DNA of 64,000 nt from an uncultured Rickettsiales bacterium (lineage in GTDB: Bacteria > Myxococcota_A > UBA796 > UBA9615). Shown piece by piece: positions 28,702 to 40,652 of the stretch (its first letter is position 1; each line of letters begins with the position of its first letter). The notes below the pieces were generated by a model that had not been told where the DNA came from, did no database searches, and saw nothing but the letters and a program-made list of their open reading frames with translations. Position numbers and translations under genes: made by a program. The stretch covers positions 2,252-66,251 of the forward strand of contig CAZBDA010000011.1 in NCBI GenBank assembly GCA_964490445.1, in the 5' to 3' direction.

Positions 28702-29337
28702 TCAGCGGCGACGTCGCATCGCCAGTTGTTCGGCGAGTTCACTCGCCATCGCCTGCAGGTCGCCAACGCCGTCGAATACCCGGTCCGCGTGGCCGGCGGA
28801 AGGCTGCACAAAGCGCTCGTGCATGGGCCCGACCGTGTCGGCGAACTGCCATCGAACCGACTGCTCAGTACGCCCGCGATCACTCACATCACGCTCGATT
28901 CGGCGCGCCAACCGAGTCGCTTCGGCGGCATCGATGAAGATGCTCAGGTCCAGGCGACGGCGGATCTCGGGCCAACACAGCAGCAGGATCCCATCCACCA
29001 GGACGATCCTGGCCGGCTCGACCCTGCGCGTGCGATCGAGTCGGTCATGATTGGCGAAGTCGTAAATCGGTTCATCGACGGCAATTCCGCGCCGCAGGTT
29101 GTCGAGGTGCTCGATGAACAGTTCGTGGTCGAGGCTGTCAGGATGGTCGAAGTTCTGCAGGTCTCGCTCAGCCTTGCTCAGGTGCCTCAAGGGCCGGTAG
29201 TAAGAGTCGAAGCACAGCCGTGCCGGCAGCTCCTTCAGTTCAATCAGCAAGGCGCTAACGAGGCTGCTTTTCCCGGAACAGCTTCCGCCACAGATCCCAA
29301 CGACTCTGATCCTGTCTGTCTGCATCGCTCGATTCAT
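28702..29337 (-). CDS. udk: Uridine kinase
   Basis: GICGGSCSGKS, NFDHPDS, PIYDFANH, RRIERD..DRGR. Confidence 0.92.
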   Translation of the reverse strand: MNRAMQTDRIRVVGICGGSCSGKSSLVSALLIELKELPARLCFDSYYRPLRHLSKAERDLQNFDHPDSLDHELFIEHLDNLRRGIAVDEPIYDFANHDRLDRTRRVEPARIVLVDGILLLCWPEIRRRLDLSIFIDAAEATRLARRIERDVSDRGRTEQSVRWQFADTVGPMHERFVQPSAGHADRVFDGVGDLQAMASELAEQLAMRRRR

Positions 29338-29436
29338 TCGCTATCGCACTCTCGTTACGCCGTGTAGAATTTCAGATCTAGCGCGGTCCCCACCGTGGTG
29401 GAGCCCGCCCCCGGAAACACCTCCAAAGGAGAGCCC

Positions 29437-29829
29437 ATGGAGTTCAACCTGCGCGCCCACTCCATTACCGTCCAGGAGAGTGACAGAACATACGCCGAGA
29501 CAAAGCTGACCACAGCCCTCAAGAAAGTACTCGGCGGAAGCACCGCCCGCGTCGATGTCGAGGTCAGTGCTCCCAGTCGTAGTTCAGGGAAGCCCCTGAC
29601 AGAAGTGGATGTTCACGTCTTCATCGCCAGATCCAAGACCCAGGTCGTAAAGGTGAAAGCCGAGGAATTGCGAGAGTGTATCGACCTTGCGACCGACAAG
29701 GTAATGCGGGCAGTCAAGCGAGACCGAAACAAGCGGCGCGACAAGATGCGCCACTCCGGTGAGTTCCCTGCGGCCACTGCCCCCAACGAGGACACTTCCG
29801 ACGAGGTCGACACCCAGCCCTTCCCCTAG
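29437..29829 (+). CDS. Ribosome hibernation factor HPF/RaiA family
   Basis: YAETKL, IDLATDKVMRAVKR, basic C-terminal helix; AAAGGAG SD. Confidence 0.8.
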   Translation: MEFNLRAHSITVQESDRTYAETKLTTALKKVLGGSTARVDVEVSAPSRSSGKPLTEVDVHVFIARSKTQVVKVKAEELRECIDLATDKVMRAVKRDRNKRRDKMRHSGEFPAATAPNEDTSDEVDTQPFP

Positions 29830-29842
29830 GGATTGCTGGATT

Positions 29843-30763
29843 TCAAGCCGCCTCGACGGGTGGTGGGTCGACCCACTCCTGGGTTCCCGGCTCGGGCCAC
29901 TTCGGTCGTTTGCGAGACTCCAATAGCACCAGGATCCCCGCGCCGATGATGGCCAACGAGCCGTACTGGGCTGGAGTGAGCCCGAAATAGCGCGCGTCCG
30001 CGTGGCCGAGATCGATGTTGCGCAGGAAGTCCAGGAAGAAGCGAACCCCGCCGTACATGAACAGTGTCACGACCATCAGCACGCCTTCACGACGCGGCTT
30101 GCGCGCAACTACGATCAGGGTTGAGAAGATGACCGACGCAAGGATCACATCCATCAGCCCAAGGTCGAAACGCACGGTGTCCAACAACTGGTAGTTGCCA
30201 CCCAGGAACGCGAACTTCTCGTCTCCTGCGACGCGCGCAGCCTGGAACTCGGCAGTACTGGGATATCGCACTGCCAGCCAACCGATGGAGTCCTGTACCC
30301 ACTGCGGCGTCTCCGAGACTTTCCGGCCGATGTGGTCGTGGACAAGAAAACAGCCGATGCGTCCGAGCAGCCAACCGAAGGTGAGTCCGACAAGCAACAG
30401 GTCGGAGCCGCGAAGGACATTGACCCCGCGACGCTTGAAGAACACCACTGCCAGCACCGCACAACCGAAGAAGCCGCCGTACGAAGACAACCCCGACCAC
30501 ACGTAGAGCAGTTCCCAGGGCTTCTCGAGGTAATAGCGGGGGTCATAGAGCAGCGCGTGGCCGAGGTGCCCGAAGACCAGGGCCCCCACCGCCAACCAGA
30601 CCACGACATCGCTGTAGAGGCGCGGGTCCAGCCCTCGCCGGCGTGCATAGCGCTGGGCGACGACGGTGCCCAGCACAAAGCCCAGCGCCACCATGAAGCC
30701 CCACGGCTGAATGACCACCGGTCCGATGATCTCGAGAGGTGGCGGCCGGAAGTATGGGATCAA
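29843..30763 (-). CDS. lgt: Prolipoprotein diacylglyceryl transferase-like protein (divergent)
   Basis: GLSSYGG, GRIGCFLVHDHIGR, YGGVRFFLDFLR, GLTPAQY; multiple TM segments. Start 30763 or 30781. Confidence 0.8.
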   Translation of the reverse strand: MIPYFRPPPLEIIGPVVIQPWGFMVALGFVLGTVVAQRYARRRGLDPRLYSDVVVWLAVGALVFGHLGHALLYDPRYYLEKPWELLYVWSGLSSYGGFFGCAVLAVVFFKRRGVNVLRGSDLLLVGLTFGWLLGRIGCFLVHDHIGRKVSETPQWVQDSIGWLAVRYPSTAEFQAARVAGDEKFAFLGGNYQLLDTVRFDLGLMDVILASVIFSTLIVVARKPRREGVLMVVTLFMYGGVRFFLDFLRNIDLGHADARYFGLTPAQYGSLAIIGAGILVLLESRKRPKWPEPGTQEWVDPPPVEAA

Positions 30764-30795
30764 GGCAGGCCCTCGAAGCAAGAAGAAAGAGGCTC

Positions 30796-30836
30796 AGAGA
30801 CAACGGCCCCGACCAGGACGAGCCTGGCCGGGGCCG
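30796..30836 (-). terminator. Intrinsic terminator after groEL
   Basis: 14-bp stem CGGCCCCGGCCAGG / CCTGGTCGGGGCCG (one G-U pair), 5-nt loop, followed by TTGTCTCT on the minus strand. Confidence 0.8.
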
Positions 30837-30857
30837 GAAGATTGTGGCTAAGCCATC

Positions 30858-32803
<1,946 letters not shown>

Positions 32804-32870
32804 AAATCTCCGAGCTTTCAGTCGAGTCTGGAATCAATGGCTACGCACCGCAGGGTGCGACTGGCGCCAA

Positions 32871-32898
32871 ACGGTAGTCACCCCGCGGCCACTGTCAA
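32871..32898 (-). promoter_or_regulatory. Putative groES-groEL promoter
   Basis: Minus strand TTGACA-N16-TACCGT. Confidence 0.6.
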
Positions 32899-32958
32899 GA
32901 GACATGCCCCATTGTTTGCCGATACAAGAAAAAACTGCCCGATCTCTCGATCTGATCG

Positions 32959-32996
32959 CTTGACACGCATATCGACCTGATTAAGTTTCCTCCTGC
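32959..32996 (+). promoter_or_regulatory. Putative dnaK promoter (extended motif shared with dnaJ)
   Basis: TTGACA-N16-TAAGTT within CTTGACACGCA-N7-CTGATTAAGTTT-CCTCCTGC. Confidence 0.7.
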
Positions 32997-33085
32997 AAGC
33001 CCTTAAATAGGGCATTAATCAAGTAATTACAGCCACTTCTGCCGGAAGGCGGGCTGGCGCTCTGTGAGAGTGAGGATTTGAAGGC

Positions 33086-34993
33086 ATGAGCAAGATCATC
33101 GGTATCGACCTCGGTACGACCAACTCTGTTGTCTCCGTCATTGAAGGCAGCGAGCCCAAGGTCATCACCAATGAAGAGGGTGCGCGCACTACCCCGTCGG
33201 TGGTCGCCTACACCAAGGACGGCGAGCGCCTCGTGGGCCAGGCCGCCCGGCGCCAGGCCATCACCAACCCCACCCGAACCGTGTTCTCGGCCAAGCGCTT
33301 CATGGGCATGACCTATGAGGACATGAAGGACGAGGCGAAGCGAGTCCCCTACGAGTTGGTCAAGTCCAAGGCCGGCAGCTGCGCCATTCAGATCGACGGC
33401 AAGAAGCACAACCCGCCAGAGATCAGCGCCCAGATCCTCATGAAGCTGAAGCGCGCCGCTGAGGAATACCTCGGCGAGAAAGTCAGCGAGGCCGTGATCA
33501 CCGTGCCCGCATACTTCAACGATTCTCAGCGTCAGGCCACCAAGGATGCTGGCAAGATCGCCGGCCTCGAGGTCAAGCGCATCATCAACGAGCCGACTGC
33601 AGCGGCACTCGCCTACGGGCTCGACAAGCAATCCGACGAGATGGTTGCAGTGTTCGACCTCGGCGGCGGAACCTTCGACATCTCGATTCTCGAGATCGGC
33701 GACAACGTCGTCGAGGTGAAGGCCACCAACGGCGACACGCACCTCGGTGGTGACGATGTCGACCAGGTGATCATCGACTGGCTGATCGGCGAGTTCAAGG
33801 ACGAGACCGGCATGGACGTGTCCGGTGACAAGATGGTCCTGCAACGCCTCAAAGAGGCTGCAGAGAAGGCCAAGATCGAGTTGTCCAATACCCAGCAGAC
33901 CGAAATCAACCTGCCCTTCCTGACCGCCGACGCCACCGGGCCGAAGCACATGCAGACGGCCCTCACCCGTTCGAAGTTCGAACAGATGATCGAGCCGATC
34001 ATCGAACGGGCCATGAAGCCCGTCCGAGCCTGCCTCAAGGACTCTGGTCTCAAGGCAAACGAGGTGGACGAGATCGTGCTGGTCGGAGGTTCCACGCGAA
34101 TTCCGGCCGTGCAGCGAGCGGTCGAGGAGTTCTTCGGCAAGGAAGCCAACCGCTCGGTGAACCCCGACGAGGTGGTCGCAATGGGGGCCGCAGTCCAGGG
34201 TGGCGTTTTTACCGGCCAGGTCTCCGACGTCCTGTTGCTCGACGTCACACCGCTGAGCCTCGGTATCGAGCCCCTGGGCGGCGTCATGACTCGACTGATC
34301 GAGCGCAACACGACGGTGCCCTGCGAGAAGACCGAAGTATTCAGCACAGCCGCTGACAACCAGACGGCCGTCGACATCCATGTCCTGCAGGGCGAGCGTG
34401 AATTTTCCCGGGACAATCGCACCATGGGCCGCTTCCAGCTGGTCGGCTTGCCGCCCGCACCGCGAGGGATTCCCCAGGTCGAAGTGAAGTTCGAGATCGA
34501 CGCCGACGGCATCGTTCACGTCTCCGCAAGGGACAAGGCCACAGGCAAGGAGCAGTCGATCAAGATCGAGGCAAGCTCGGGCTTGAGCAAGGAAGAGGTC
34601 GAGGCCCTGGTCGAGGAAGCCGAAAGTCACGCTGAAGAGGACCGCTCGATGCGCGAGTCCGTCGAGAAGCGCAACACCCTCGACACCGTCATCTACCAGA
34701 CCGACAAGCTCCTCAAAGAGAACGAGGAGAAGGTGCCTGCCGAAACGAAGGAGAAGCTCGAGGCGATCATGGAGCGTGGCCGCAAGGCCATCGAGGCCGA
34801 GGACGCAGACGAGGTCGAGGCGGTGCTCAGCGAGATCGAGGCCCTCAACCACGAGCTGGCTGCCGCCATGTACAAGGACGAGGGTGGCGCCAACGGTGCC
34901 GGCGAAGCTGGCTTCGAGCAGGCTGCCGCGGCAGGAGCCGAAGGGTCGGCGGACGACAACGTGATCGACGCCGAGTTCGAGGAGAGCCCCTGA
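33086..34993 (+). CDS. dnaK: Molecular chaperone DnaK
   Basis: [55 protein letters not shown]. Confidence 0.98.
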   Translation: MSKIIGIDLGTTNSVVSVIEGSEPKVITNEEGARTTPSVVAYTKDGERLVGQAARRQAITNPTRTVFSAKRFMGMTYEDMKDEAKRVPYELVKSKAGSCAIQIDGKKHNPPEISAQILMKLKRAAEEYLGEKVSEAVITVPAYFNDSQRQATKDAGKIAGLEVKRIINEPTAAALAYGLDKQSDEMVAVFDLGGGTFDISILEIGDNVVEVKATNGDTHLGGDDVDQVIIDWLIGEFKDETGMDVSGDKMVLQRLKEAAEKAKIELSNTQQTEINLPFLTADATGPKHMQTALTRSKFEQMIEPIIERAMKPVRACLKDSGLKANEVDEIVLVGGSTRIPAVQRAVEEFFGKEANRSVNPDEVVAMGAAVQGGVFTGQVSDVLLLDVTPLSLGIEPLGGVMTRLIERNTTVPCEKTEVFSTAADNQTAVDIHVLQGEREFSRDNRTMGRFQLVGLPPAPRGIPQVEVKFEIDADGIVHVSARDKATGKEQSIKIEASSGLSKEEVEALVEEAESHAEEDRSMRESVEKRNTLDTVIYQTDKLLKENEEKVPAETKEKLEAIMERGRKAIEAEDADEVEAVLSEIEALNHELAAAMYKDEGGANGAGEAGFEQAAAAGAEGSADDNVIDAEFEESP

Positions 34994-35054
34994 GAAAAGC
35001 CGCGACTCTCTGCGGAAGGGCTGCTATCATCAAGTGCTAGCGTAGGGGGAGCCA

Positions 35055-35558
35055 GTGGCGTCCAAGCGGGTACAGTTCAACGTTCGAGTTCGGGCGGAGG
35101 TCGCCGCAGACCTCCGCAAAGAGGCCGCGCTGCGAGCTATCGGCATGGGCGAACTCGTAGAGTTGCTCACCGAAAACTATCGAGCCGGCACGCGTAGTGG
35201 CCACTGGTTGGAATTGGACCCCACCCTCGAGGCCGCTCTGACCGCCCTGGCCGCAGTCCACGGTGAAGAGCCCGAACAGATCCTGCACGGCCTGGTGGCT
35301 GGAATCGTCCGCGAGCAACTGCAGCGAATCCTCGATCACATGCCCAGCACCGGAGACATCCTCACGGGCGCCGCAGCAGCACAACTCAGTGTCGCGTCTG
35401 AGCAGAGCACCATCGCTGCCGAGGGCGACTTCGACGACCTCCAAATCGATGCCTCGGCGTGGATTCACAGCTCGGACTCGGACGTGGCCATCGAAGCTAT
35501 GGAGTGGGGCGAATTGTCCGATGCCGACCTGGAGATCGAGACCGAGGAACCAGGCTAA
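35055..35558 (+). CDS. Hypothetical protein, probable tandem ribbon-helix-helix domains with acidic tail
   Basis: VQFNVRV beta-strand followed by two helices; second similar unit (WLELDPTL...); D/E-rich C-terminus. Extended -10 TGcTATCAT (35022-35030) and GGGGGAG SD. Confidence 0.55.
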   Translation: MASKRVQFNVRVRAEVAADLRKEAALRAIGMGELVELLTENYRAGTRSGHWLELDPTLEAALTALAAVHGEEPEQILHGLVAGIVREQLQRILDHMPSTGDILTGAAAAQLSVASEQSTIAAEGDFDDLQIDASAWIHSSDSDVAIEAMEWGELSDADLEIETEEPG

Positions 35559-35653
35559 AAGAGCCCGAGCCTCGGCTCGCTACTTCAGTAACTGGCTGCA
35601 TCCGCCCCACCTGGGCGCCCGGTAGTCACAAGCACCTGTGCCATAGTGCGCGG

Positions 35654-36703
35654 ATGCTCAGTCACTTCACGCGCCTGCTCGCCATCCTCCTGTTCACCAG
35701 CACCATCGGCTGTATGGCCTCGGTACAGGTGCGCCTGCTGCAACCCGCCGACATCACCCTGCCGGCGACGGTCAAGACGCTGGCAGTAGTCGACCGAAGC
35801 GCTGTCGGCGATGCCGGAGAAGGGATGCTGTCCGTGCTCGAGGGCCTCGCCACCGACGAGACCATTCTCGGTGACCGGGAGGGTGCCGAAGAAGCGATTG
35901 AGAAGCTCGTACACACCCTCGCCGCCTCGCCCCGCTTCAGCGCTGTGCCGGTGGTGGCCAGCCGCGACCAGGTGGACTCCAGCCTCTTCGACGAGGAGCT
36001 ACCGTTCGAGACGGTGCAACTGCTATGCGCGGATGCGCAGGCCGAAGCGCTGGTGGCATTGGATTACTTCGACTCGGACACCGAGAGAGACTACGAAGCA
36101 CGACGCGTGGAAAGCACCGACAGCGATGGCAAGAAGACTGTACGCGTCGTTCACGACGTCAGCCGCACCATCGAGGTAACGCTTTCCTGGCGCGTGTACG
36201 ACGCAACGCGCCCAGTTCTGCTCGATGAGCAGGACAAGATCGGCATCACCGAGGTCGACAACGCCAGCGGCAGCTCGCGCAGGAATGCGCGGTCGAAATT
36301 GCAGGGACGGGACCGCACAATCAAGGCCATCGGTAGTCGCGCGGGAGAGGCCTACGGTCAGCGCATCGCGCCGTCCTACGTGTTCGAAAACCGGCTGTAC
36401 TACAAGGACAAGGACGATCGTCTCAAGGAAGCGAGCGGCGAGGTCCAGGAAGACCGCTGGGAGCCGGCAAAAGCGCTCTGGCAGCAGGTCCTGGAAGATC
36501 CTGATCCAGACCTGGCTGGCCGGGCTGCCTACAACCTCGCCCTATCCCTGGAACTCGAGGGCCTCATCGACGACGCCATCGAGATGGTAGAGCGTGCCGT
36601 GGAGCTCCTCGACAACGGCGAAGCGAGGCGCTACCGCGCAATCCTTTTGCAGCGATCGCGCGACCTGGGCCGACTCGACAGCCAGATGGAACAGAGCCCC
36701 TAG
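35654..36703 (+). CDS. Lipoprotein with C-terminal TPR-like repeat (DUF6340-like)
   Basis: Lipobox TIGC; LLQPADITLP; AAYNLALSLELEG..DDAIE. TGcCATAGT 6 nt before ATG suggests a leaderless mRNA. Confidence 0.65.
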   Translation: MLSHFTRLLAILLFTSTIGCMASVQVRLLQPADITLPATVKTLAVVDRSAVGDAGEGMLSVLEGLATDETILGDREGAEEAIEKLVHTLAASPRFSAVPVVASRDQVDSSLFDEELPFETVQLLCADAQAEALVALDYFDSDTERDYEARRVESTDSDGKKTVRVVHDVSRTIEVTLSWRVYDATRPVLLDEQDKIGITEVDNASGSSRRNARSKLQGRDRTIKAIGSRAGEAYGQRIAPSYVFENRLYYKDKDDRLKEASGEVQEDRWEPAKALWQQVLEDPDPDLAGRAAYNLALSLELEGLIDDAIEMVERAVELLDNGEARRYRAILLQRSRDLGRLDSQMEQSP

Positions 36704-36721
36704 AGACACCGCCGCGCCGAT

Positions 36722-37582
36722 CTACACAGCGGCTGGGGGAGCGGTGGACTCAGCCGGCACGACTCGGCCGATGCGTTGCCCGAGCCGCACCTGCTGGCCT
36801 GACTCCAGCTCCCACTCGACCCGACCGGCCTCGAACAACAACACCACGGTGCTGCCCATCTCGAAGCGGCCGAGTTCCTGGCAACGCTCGATCTCGGCGG
36901 GCGGAGACAAGTCTACGTCCGCTGCTGGCCGACCGGTGTTGGTGATCAAATCCGCCGCCGCGAGTCGCATCCGTCCGACCCCGAAAGCACCGACCATGAC
37001 GCAGGCAAGCTCCCCGGCATCGGTGGCCAGCCTGAGGATCAGTCGCTCGTTGCGGGCAAACAGATCGCGGATCCGGCGGGTGGCCCCGGGAAACACTGGC
37101 CAGAGCCTGCCTGGCCGGTAGCGGAAACCCAGCAGGCGTCCCTCGCGGGGGCTGTGAACCCGGTGATAGTCGTGTGGTGCGAGATACAAGACTGCAAATC
37201 CGCCCCGCTCGTAGCGTGTGTCCCCAGCAAGCAGATCAGACACGGCGTAGTCGAGACTTGCGGCTTGCGGCAAGCGTCCGTCGGTCAGCTCACCCACCGC
37301 ATAGACCTGGCCGTCCACCGGAGAAACCACCGCATCAGGCTGGCCTGCAACCGGCCGAACGCCGGGCTTGAGGGCGCGGACAAAGAAGTCCGACAGGCTG
37401 GCGTAATCGTCGATCGTGCCCTCGCACTCGTCGAGATCCACCCCGTAGTGCCCCACGTACCAACGCAGCAGCATGCGGTGTAGGAACCGAGGCAGCGCAA
37501 GCCGCGCGAAGGCGCCCATGAGGCGACTAACGGCACGTCGCGGCAGCATGGAAAGCACGGTGACGACAACAGCATCTTTCAT
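36722..37582 (-). CDS. psd: Phosphatidylserine decarboxylase proenzyme
   Basis: [44 protein letters not shown] self-cleavage motif. Confidence 0.93.
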   Translation of the reverse strand: MKDAVVVTVLSMLPRRAVSRLMGAFARLALPRFLHRMLLRWYVGHYGVDLDECEGTIDDYASLSDFFVRALKPGVRPVAGQPDAVVSPVDGQVYAVGELTDGRLPQAASLDYAVSDLLAGDTRYERGGFAVLYLAPHDYHRVHSPREGRLLGFRYRPGRLWPVFPGATRRIRDLFARNERLILRLATDAGELACVMVGAFGVGRMRLAAADLITNTGRPAADVDLSPPAEIERCQELGRFEMGSTVVLLFEAGRVEWELESGQQVRLGQRIGRVVPAESTAPPAAV

Positions 37583-37607
37583 GGCACCGGGAGGATACAC
37601 GCCCGGA

Positions 37608-37648
37608 CTTGACACGCACGGCTCGCTGGTTAGCTTTCTCCCTCCTGC
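37608..37648 (+). promoter_or_regulatory. Putative dnaJ-Bat operon promoter (motif shared with dnaK)
   Basis: TTGACA-N16-TAGCTT within CTTGACACGCA-N7-CTGGTTAGCTTT-ctc-CCTCCTGC. Confidence 0.7.
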
Positions 37649-37661
37649 GTGGGAGCCAACC

Positions 37662-38804
37662 TTGTCTGCAAAACGTGACTACTACGAAGTTCTCGGCGTC
37701 TCTCGCGATGCTTCTGACAAGGAGTTGAAGAAGTCCTACCGTGCGCTTGCGCTCGAGAATCACCCCGACAGGAACCCCGGCAACAAGGAAGCGGAGATGC
37801 GCTTCAAGGAAGCGGCCGAGGCCTACGAGGTGCTGAGCAACGAAGACAAGCGCAGCATGTACAACCGCTTCGGTCACGAAGGGCTACGCGGCGCCGGCTA
37901 CCAGGGCTTCTCGGGCGGCGTAGACGATATTTTCTCTGCCTTCGGCGACATGTTCTCGGACCTGTTTGGCTTCGGTAGCGCCGGCGGACGAAGGCGACGC
38001 CGCGGCAACGGTCCCGGACGCGGCGCGGATCTTCGCTACGACCTCGTCATCGACTTCGAGTCGGCAGCCTTCGGTACCAGCGAAGAGATCTCCCTGAACC
38101 GCGAGGAAGACTGTGACGACTGCGATGGCACCGGCGGCAAGGCCGGAACGGAACCCGAAGCCTGCCCTACCTGTGGCGGACACGGCGAAGTGATCCAGCA
38201 GCAGGCCTTCCTGCAGATTCGAACCTCGTGCCCTAGTTGTCGCGGAGTCGGACAACGCTACTCGCAAGCCTGCGAGGGCTGCGACGGTCGCAGGCGCGTC
38301 ATTCGGGAGCGCGAGTTGAGCGTGACCATTCCAGCCGGAGTCGATGACGGCATGCAGCTGCGCCTGAGCAGCGAGGGCGAGCCAGGAGCACGAGGTGGTC
38401 CGCCAGGGGATCTGTACGTATTGCTTCGGGTCAAGCCGCACGAGGTCTTCGAGCGCCACGGAGACGACGTGATCTGCCGCCTCGATCTCTCCGTGACCCA
38501 GGCCGCCCTCGGCGATGAGATTTCCGTAGCAAGCCTAGATGGCGAGTCCGAATTGACCATACCCGCCGGAACGATGACAGGCACCATGCTCAGGCTTCCT
38601 GGCCTCGGCATACCCAACGTGCGAACAGGGCAGCGCGGCGACCAGGTCATGCAGAGCTTCGTCAAGACCCCCAAGGCACTGACTGATCGGCAAAAGGAAC
38701 TGCTTCGCGAGTTCGCCGCCATCGACGGCAAGAAGGTAAAGGAAAGAGAGGGGCATAGCGGACTGCGGCGTTTCCTGTCCCGACTGGCCGGCCACGAGGA
38801 ATGA
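37662..38804 (+). CDS. dnaJ: Chaperone DnaJ (class A)
   Basis: [15 protein letters not shown] region, four CxxCxGxG-type repeats. TTG start with GGGAG SD. Confidence 0.97.
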   Translation: MSAKRDYYEVLGVSRDASDKELKKSYRALALENHPDRNPGNKEAEMRFKEAAEAYEVLSNEDKRSMYNRFGHEGLRGAGYQGFSGGVDDIFSAFGDMFSDLFGFGSAGGRRRRRGNGPGRGADLRYDLVIDFESAAFGTSEEISLNREEDCDDCDGTGGKAGTEPEACPTCGGHGEVIQQQAFLQIRTSCPSCRGVGQRYSQACEGCDGRRRVIRERELSVTIPAGVDDGMQLRLSSEGEPGARGGPPGDLYVLLRVKPHEVFERHGDDVICRLDLSVTQAALGDEISVASLDGESELTIPAGTMTGTMLRLPGLGIPNVRTGQRGDQVMQSFVKTPKALTDRQKELLREFAAIDGKKVKEREGHSGLRRFLSRLAGHEE

Positions 38805-39583
38805 GCCGCACGATCAGGGTCCTTCTCTGCGCTGCCCTGCTGTCGTCAGCAGGCGCGTCCGACAGCCAAGCGGAAGACCTCGGCATAAGCGCACACCTAC
38901 GAACTCTCGAGCAGGGCCGGCGCGGTGCGGACGTCCGAGTTCGCCTGGAATTGAACTGGCACGGACAGCCCGCCCGGTACATCCCTCTTGCGCCGGTCAT
39001 CGAGGTCGCGGACGGTGCGACCCTGCGACCAGGAGTGAGCCGCAGTTCCTTCGATGGCGAGAACACCCGCTGGTCCCACGACGCAGTGGTCAAGTTGCCC
39101 GACACGGCCGGCCCTTGGACGATTGGACCTGCGAAGATCACCATCAAGACACCGGGCCAGGCCGACCGCGAGCTCGCGGCCGCAGCCATTCGGACCGGCC
39201 GGCCCGGGAAAACACGGCGACTCGCTGGCCTGGCGGTGGGCAACGGCATCGTGCTCTCACTGGCCCTGTGGTTCGGCATCCTCCGCTACCGCCGTCTGCA
39301 CGCCGAAGAATCTGCGGGCGGGGACGAATTGAGCGAACTGATACGAAAAGCGGAAGCGGCGGCCTCCCAACTCGAAACGGGTGGCCCGCTGGAAGCCCTT
39401 CTCGAGGCTTTGCTGGCGGTTCGACTGGCCCTCGACGGGCAAGCTATGGAGAATGGCGCGCTGTGGACAGTCGCCGAGATTCAAGATCGGCTCGAAAGGG
39501 TTCGATTCGGCGGGGAAGAAATCCCCACCGACGAGTGTTTGCAGATGCTGCGCCAACTTGGCTCAGCAGCAGGTAACCGCTGA
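38801..39583 (+). CDS. Exported/membrane protein with a BatD-like beta domain
   Basis: Signal peptide; [16 protein letters not shown] resembles BatD repeats; TM helix near residues 145-165. ATGA overlap with dnaJ. Confidence 0.55.
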   Translation: MSRTIRVLLCAALLSSAGASDSQAEDLGISAHLRTLEQGRRGADVRVRLELNWHGQPARYIPLAPVIEVADGATLRPGVSRSSFDGENTRWSHDAVVKLPDTAGPWTIGPAKITIKTPGQADRELAAAAIRTGRPGKTRRLAGLAVGNGIVLSLALWFGILRYRRLHAEESAGGDELSELIRKAEAAASQLETGGPLEALLEALLAVRLALDGQAMENGALWTVAEIQDRLERVRFGGEEIPTDECLQMLRQLGSAAGNR

Positions 39584-39623
39584 GCGCATAGGGCGCAACC
39601 AGCATGGGAGCGAAGACAGACCA

Positions 39624-40619
39624 ATGACTGAAGCAGCACATAACCTCGACCAGGTGCGCAGCGACCTCGAGCGGGTCAGCGGGCACTTCGCAGCACTGCG
39701 CGAAGAGATCGGCCGCGTCGTCGTCGGCCAGAACTACATGGTGGAGCGAATTCTCGTCGCTCTCCTCGCCGATGGGCACATTCTCCTGGAGGGTGTCCCA
39801 GGCTTGGCAAAGACCACCGCCGTACAGGCTGTCGCCGACGCCATCAAGACCACCTTCCAGCGCATTTCGTTCACTCCCGACCTGTTGCCTGCCGACATTC
39901 TCGGCACCCAGATCTACAACCCGAAGTCCGGTGATTTCTCTGTGAAGCAGGGACCTGTCTTCACCAACATCCTGCTTGCGGATGAAATCAACCGGGCGCC
40001 GGCCAAGGTTCAGAGTGCACTGCTCGAAGCAATGCAGGAACGGAAGGTCACGCTCGGCGATCAGCGTTTTGAGCTGCCCAGCCCCTTCCTGGTCCTCGCC
40101 ACGCAGAATCCCATCGAACAGGAAGGCACCTATCCGCTCCCCGAGGCCCAGGTGGATCGCTTCATGCTCAAGATTCGCGTCGAGTATCCGAGCCGCGACG
40201 AAGAGAAGGAAATCCTGCGCCGCTCCATCGACGGCTTCCCGGACCTGCACCCGGTAATCACCCCCGAGCAACTTCTCGAGGCACGCGAGGTAATCGACCG
40301 GATCCGCTTCGATGACAAGTTGGTCGACTACATCCTCGACCTCGTCGCAGCGACCCGCGACCCGAAGTCCGCAGGCCTCGACTCCCTGGAACCGCTGCTG
40401 GAATTCGGGGGCTCGCCGCGCGCAACCATTGCACTGCAGAAAACAGCGCGCGCCCATGCCTTCCTGGCAGGCCGCGCCTACGTCAACTCGGCAGACATCA
40501 AGACGATGGCGCCGGACGTGCTACGACACCGCATCGTGCTGAGCTACGAGGCTGAGGCCGAAGAGGTCGACGCCGACGAGATCGTTGCTCGTATTCTCGC
40601 TACGATCGCCGTGCCCTAG
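39624..40619 (+). CDS. MoxR family AAA+ ATPase
   Basis: LLEGVPGLAKT, RISFTPDLLPADILG, DEINRAPAKVQSALL, ATQNPIEQEGTYPLPEAQVDRF. Confidence 0.96.
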   Translation: MTEAAHNLDQVRSDLERVSGHFAALREEIGRVVVGQNYMVERILVALLADGHILLEGVPGLAKTTAVQAVADAIKTTFQRISFTPDLLPADILGTQIYNPKSGDFSVKQGPVFTNILLADEINRAPAKVQSALLEAMQERKVTLGDQRFELPSPFLVLATQNPIEQEGTYPLPEAQVDRFMLKIRVEYPSRDEEKEILRRSIDGFPDLHPVITPEQLLEAREVIDRIRFDDKLVDYILDLVAATRDPKSAGLDSLEPLLEFGGSPRATIALQKTARAHAFLAGRAYVNSADIKTMAPDVLRHRIVLSYEAEAEEVDADEIVARILATIAVP

Positions 40620-40652
40620 CGGCTCGGCCTCTCCGCCCCGGGCCTACTGACC

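Noticed and set aside
33054-33080. CIRCE-like CTGGCGCTC-N9-GAGGATTTG before dnaK, and AAGTGCTAG at 35032-35040
   Set aside because: Only 6/9 and 4/9 matches; the second has no left arm; no hrcA in the window.
32981-34852. 623-aa ORF antisense to dnaK (likewise 30861-31913 opposite groEL)
   Set aside because: Long antisense frames opposite hsp70/hsp60 are a known by-product of codon bias; no independent motifs.
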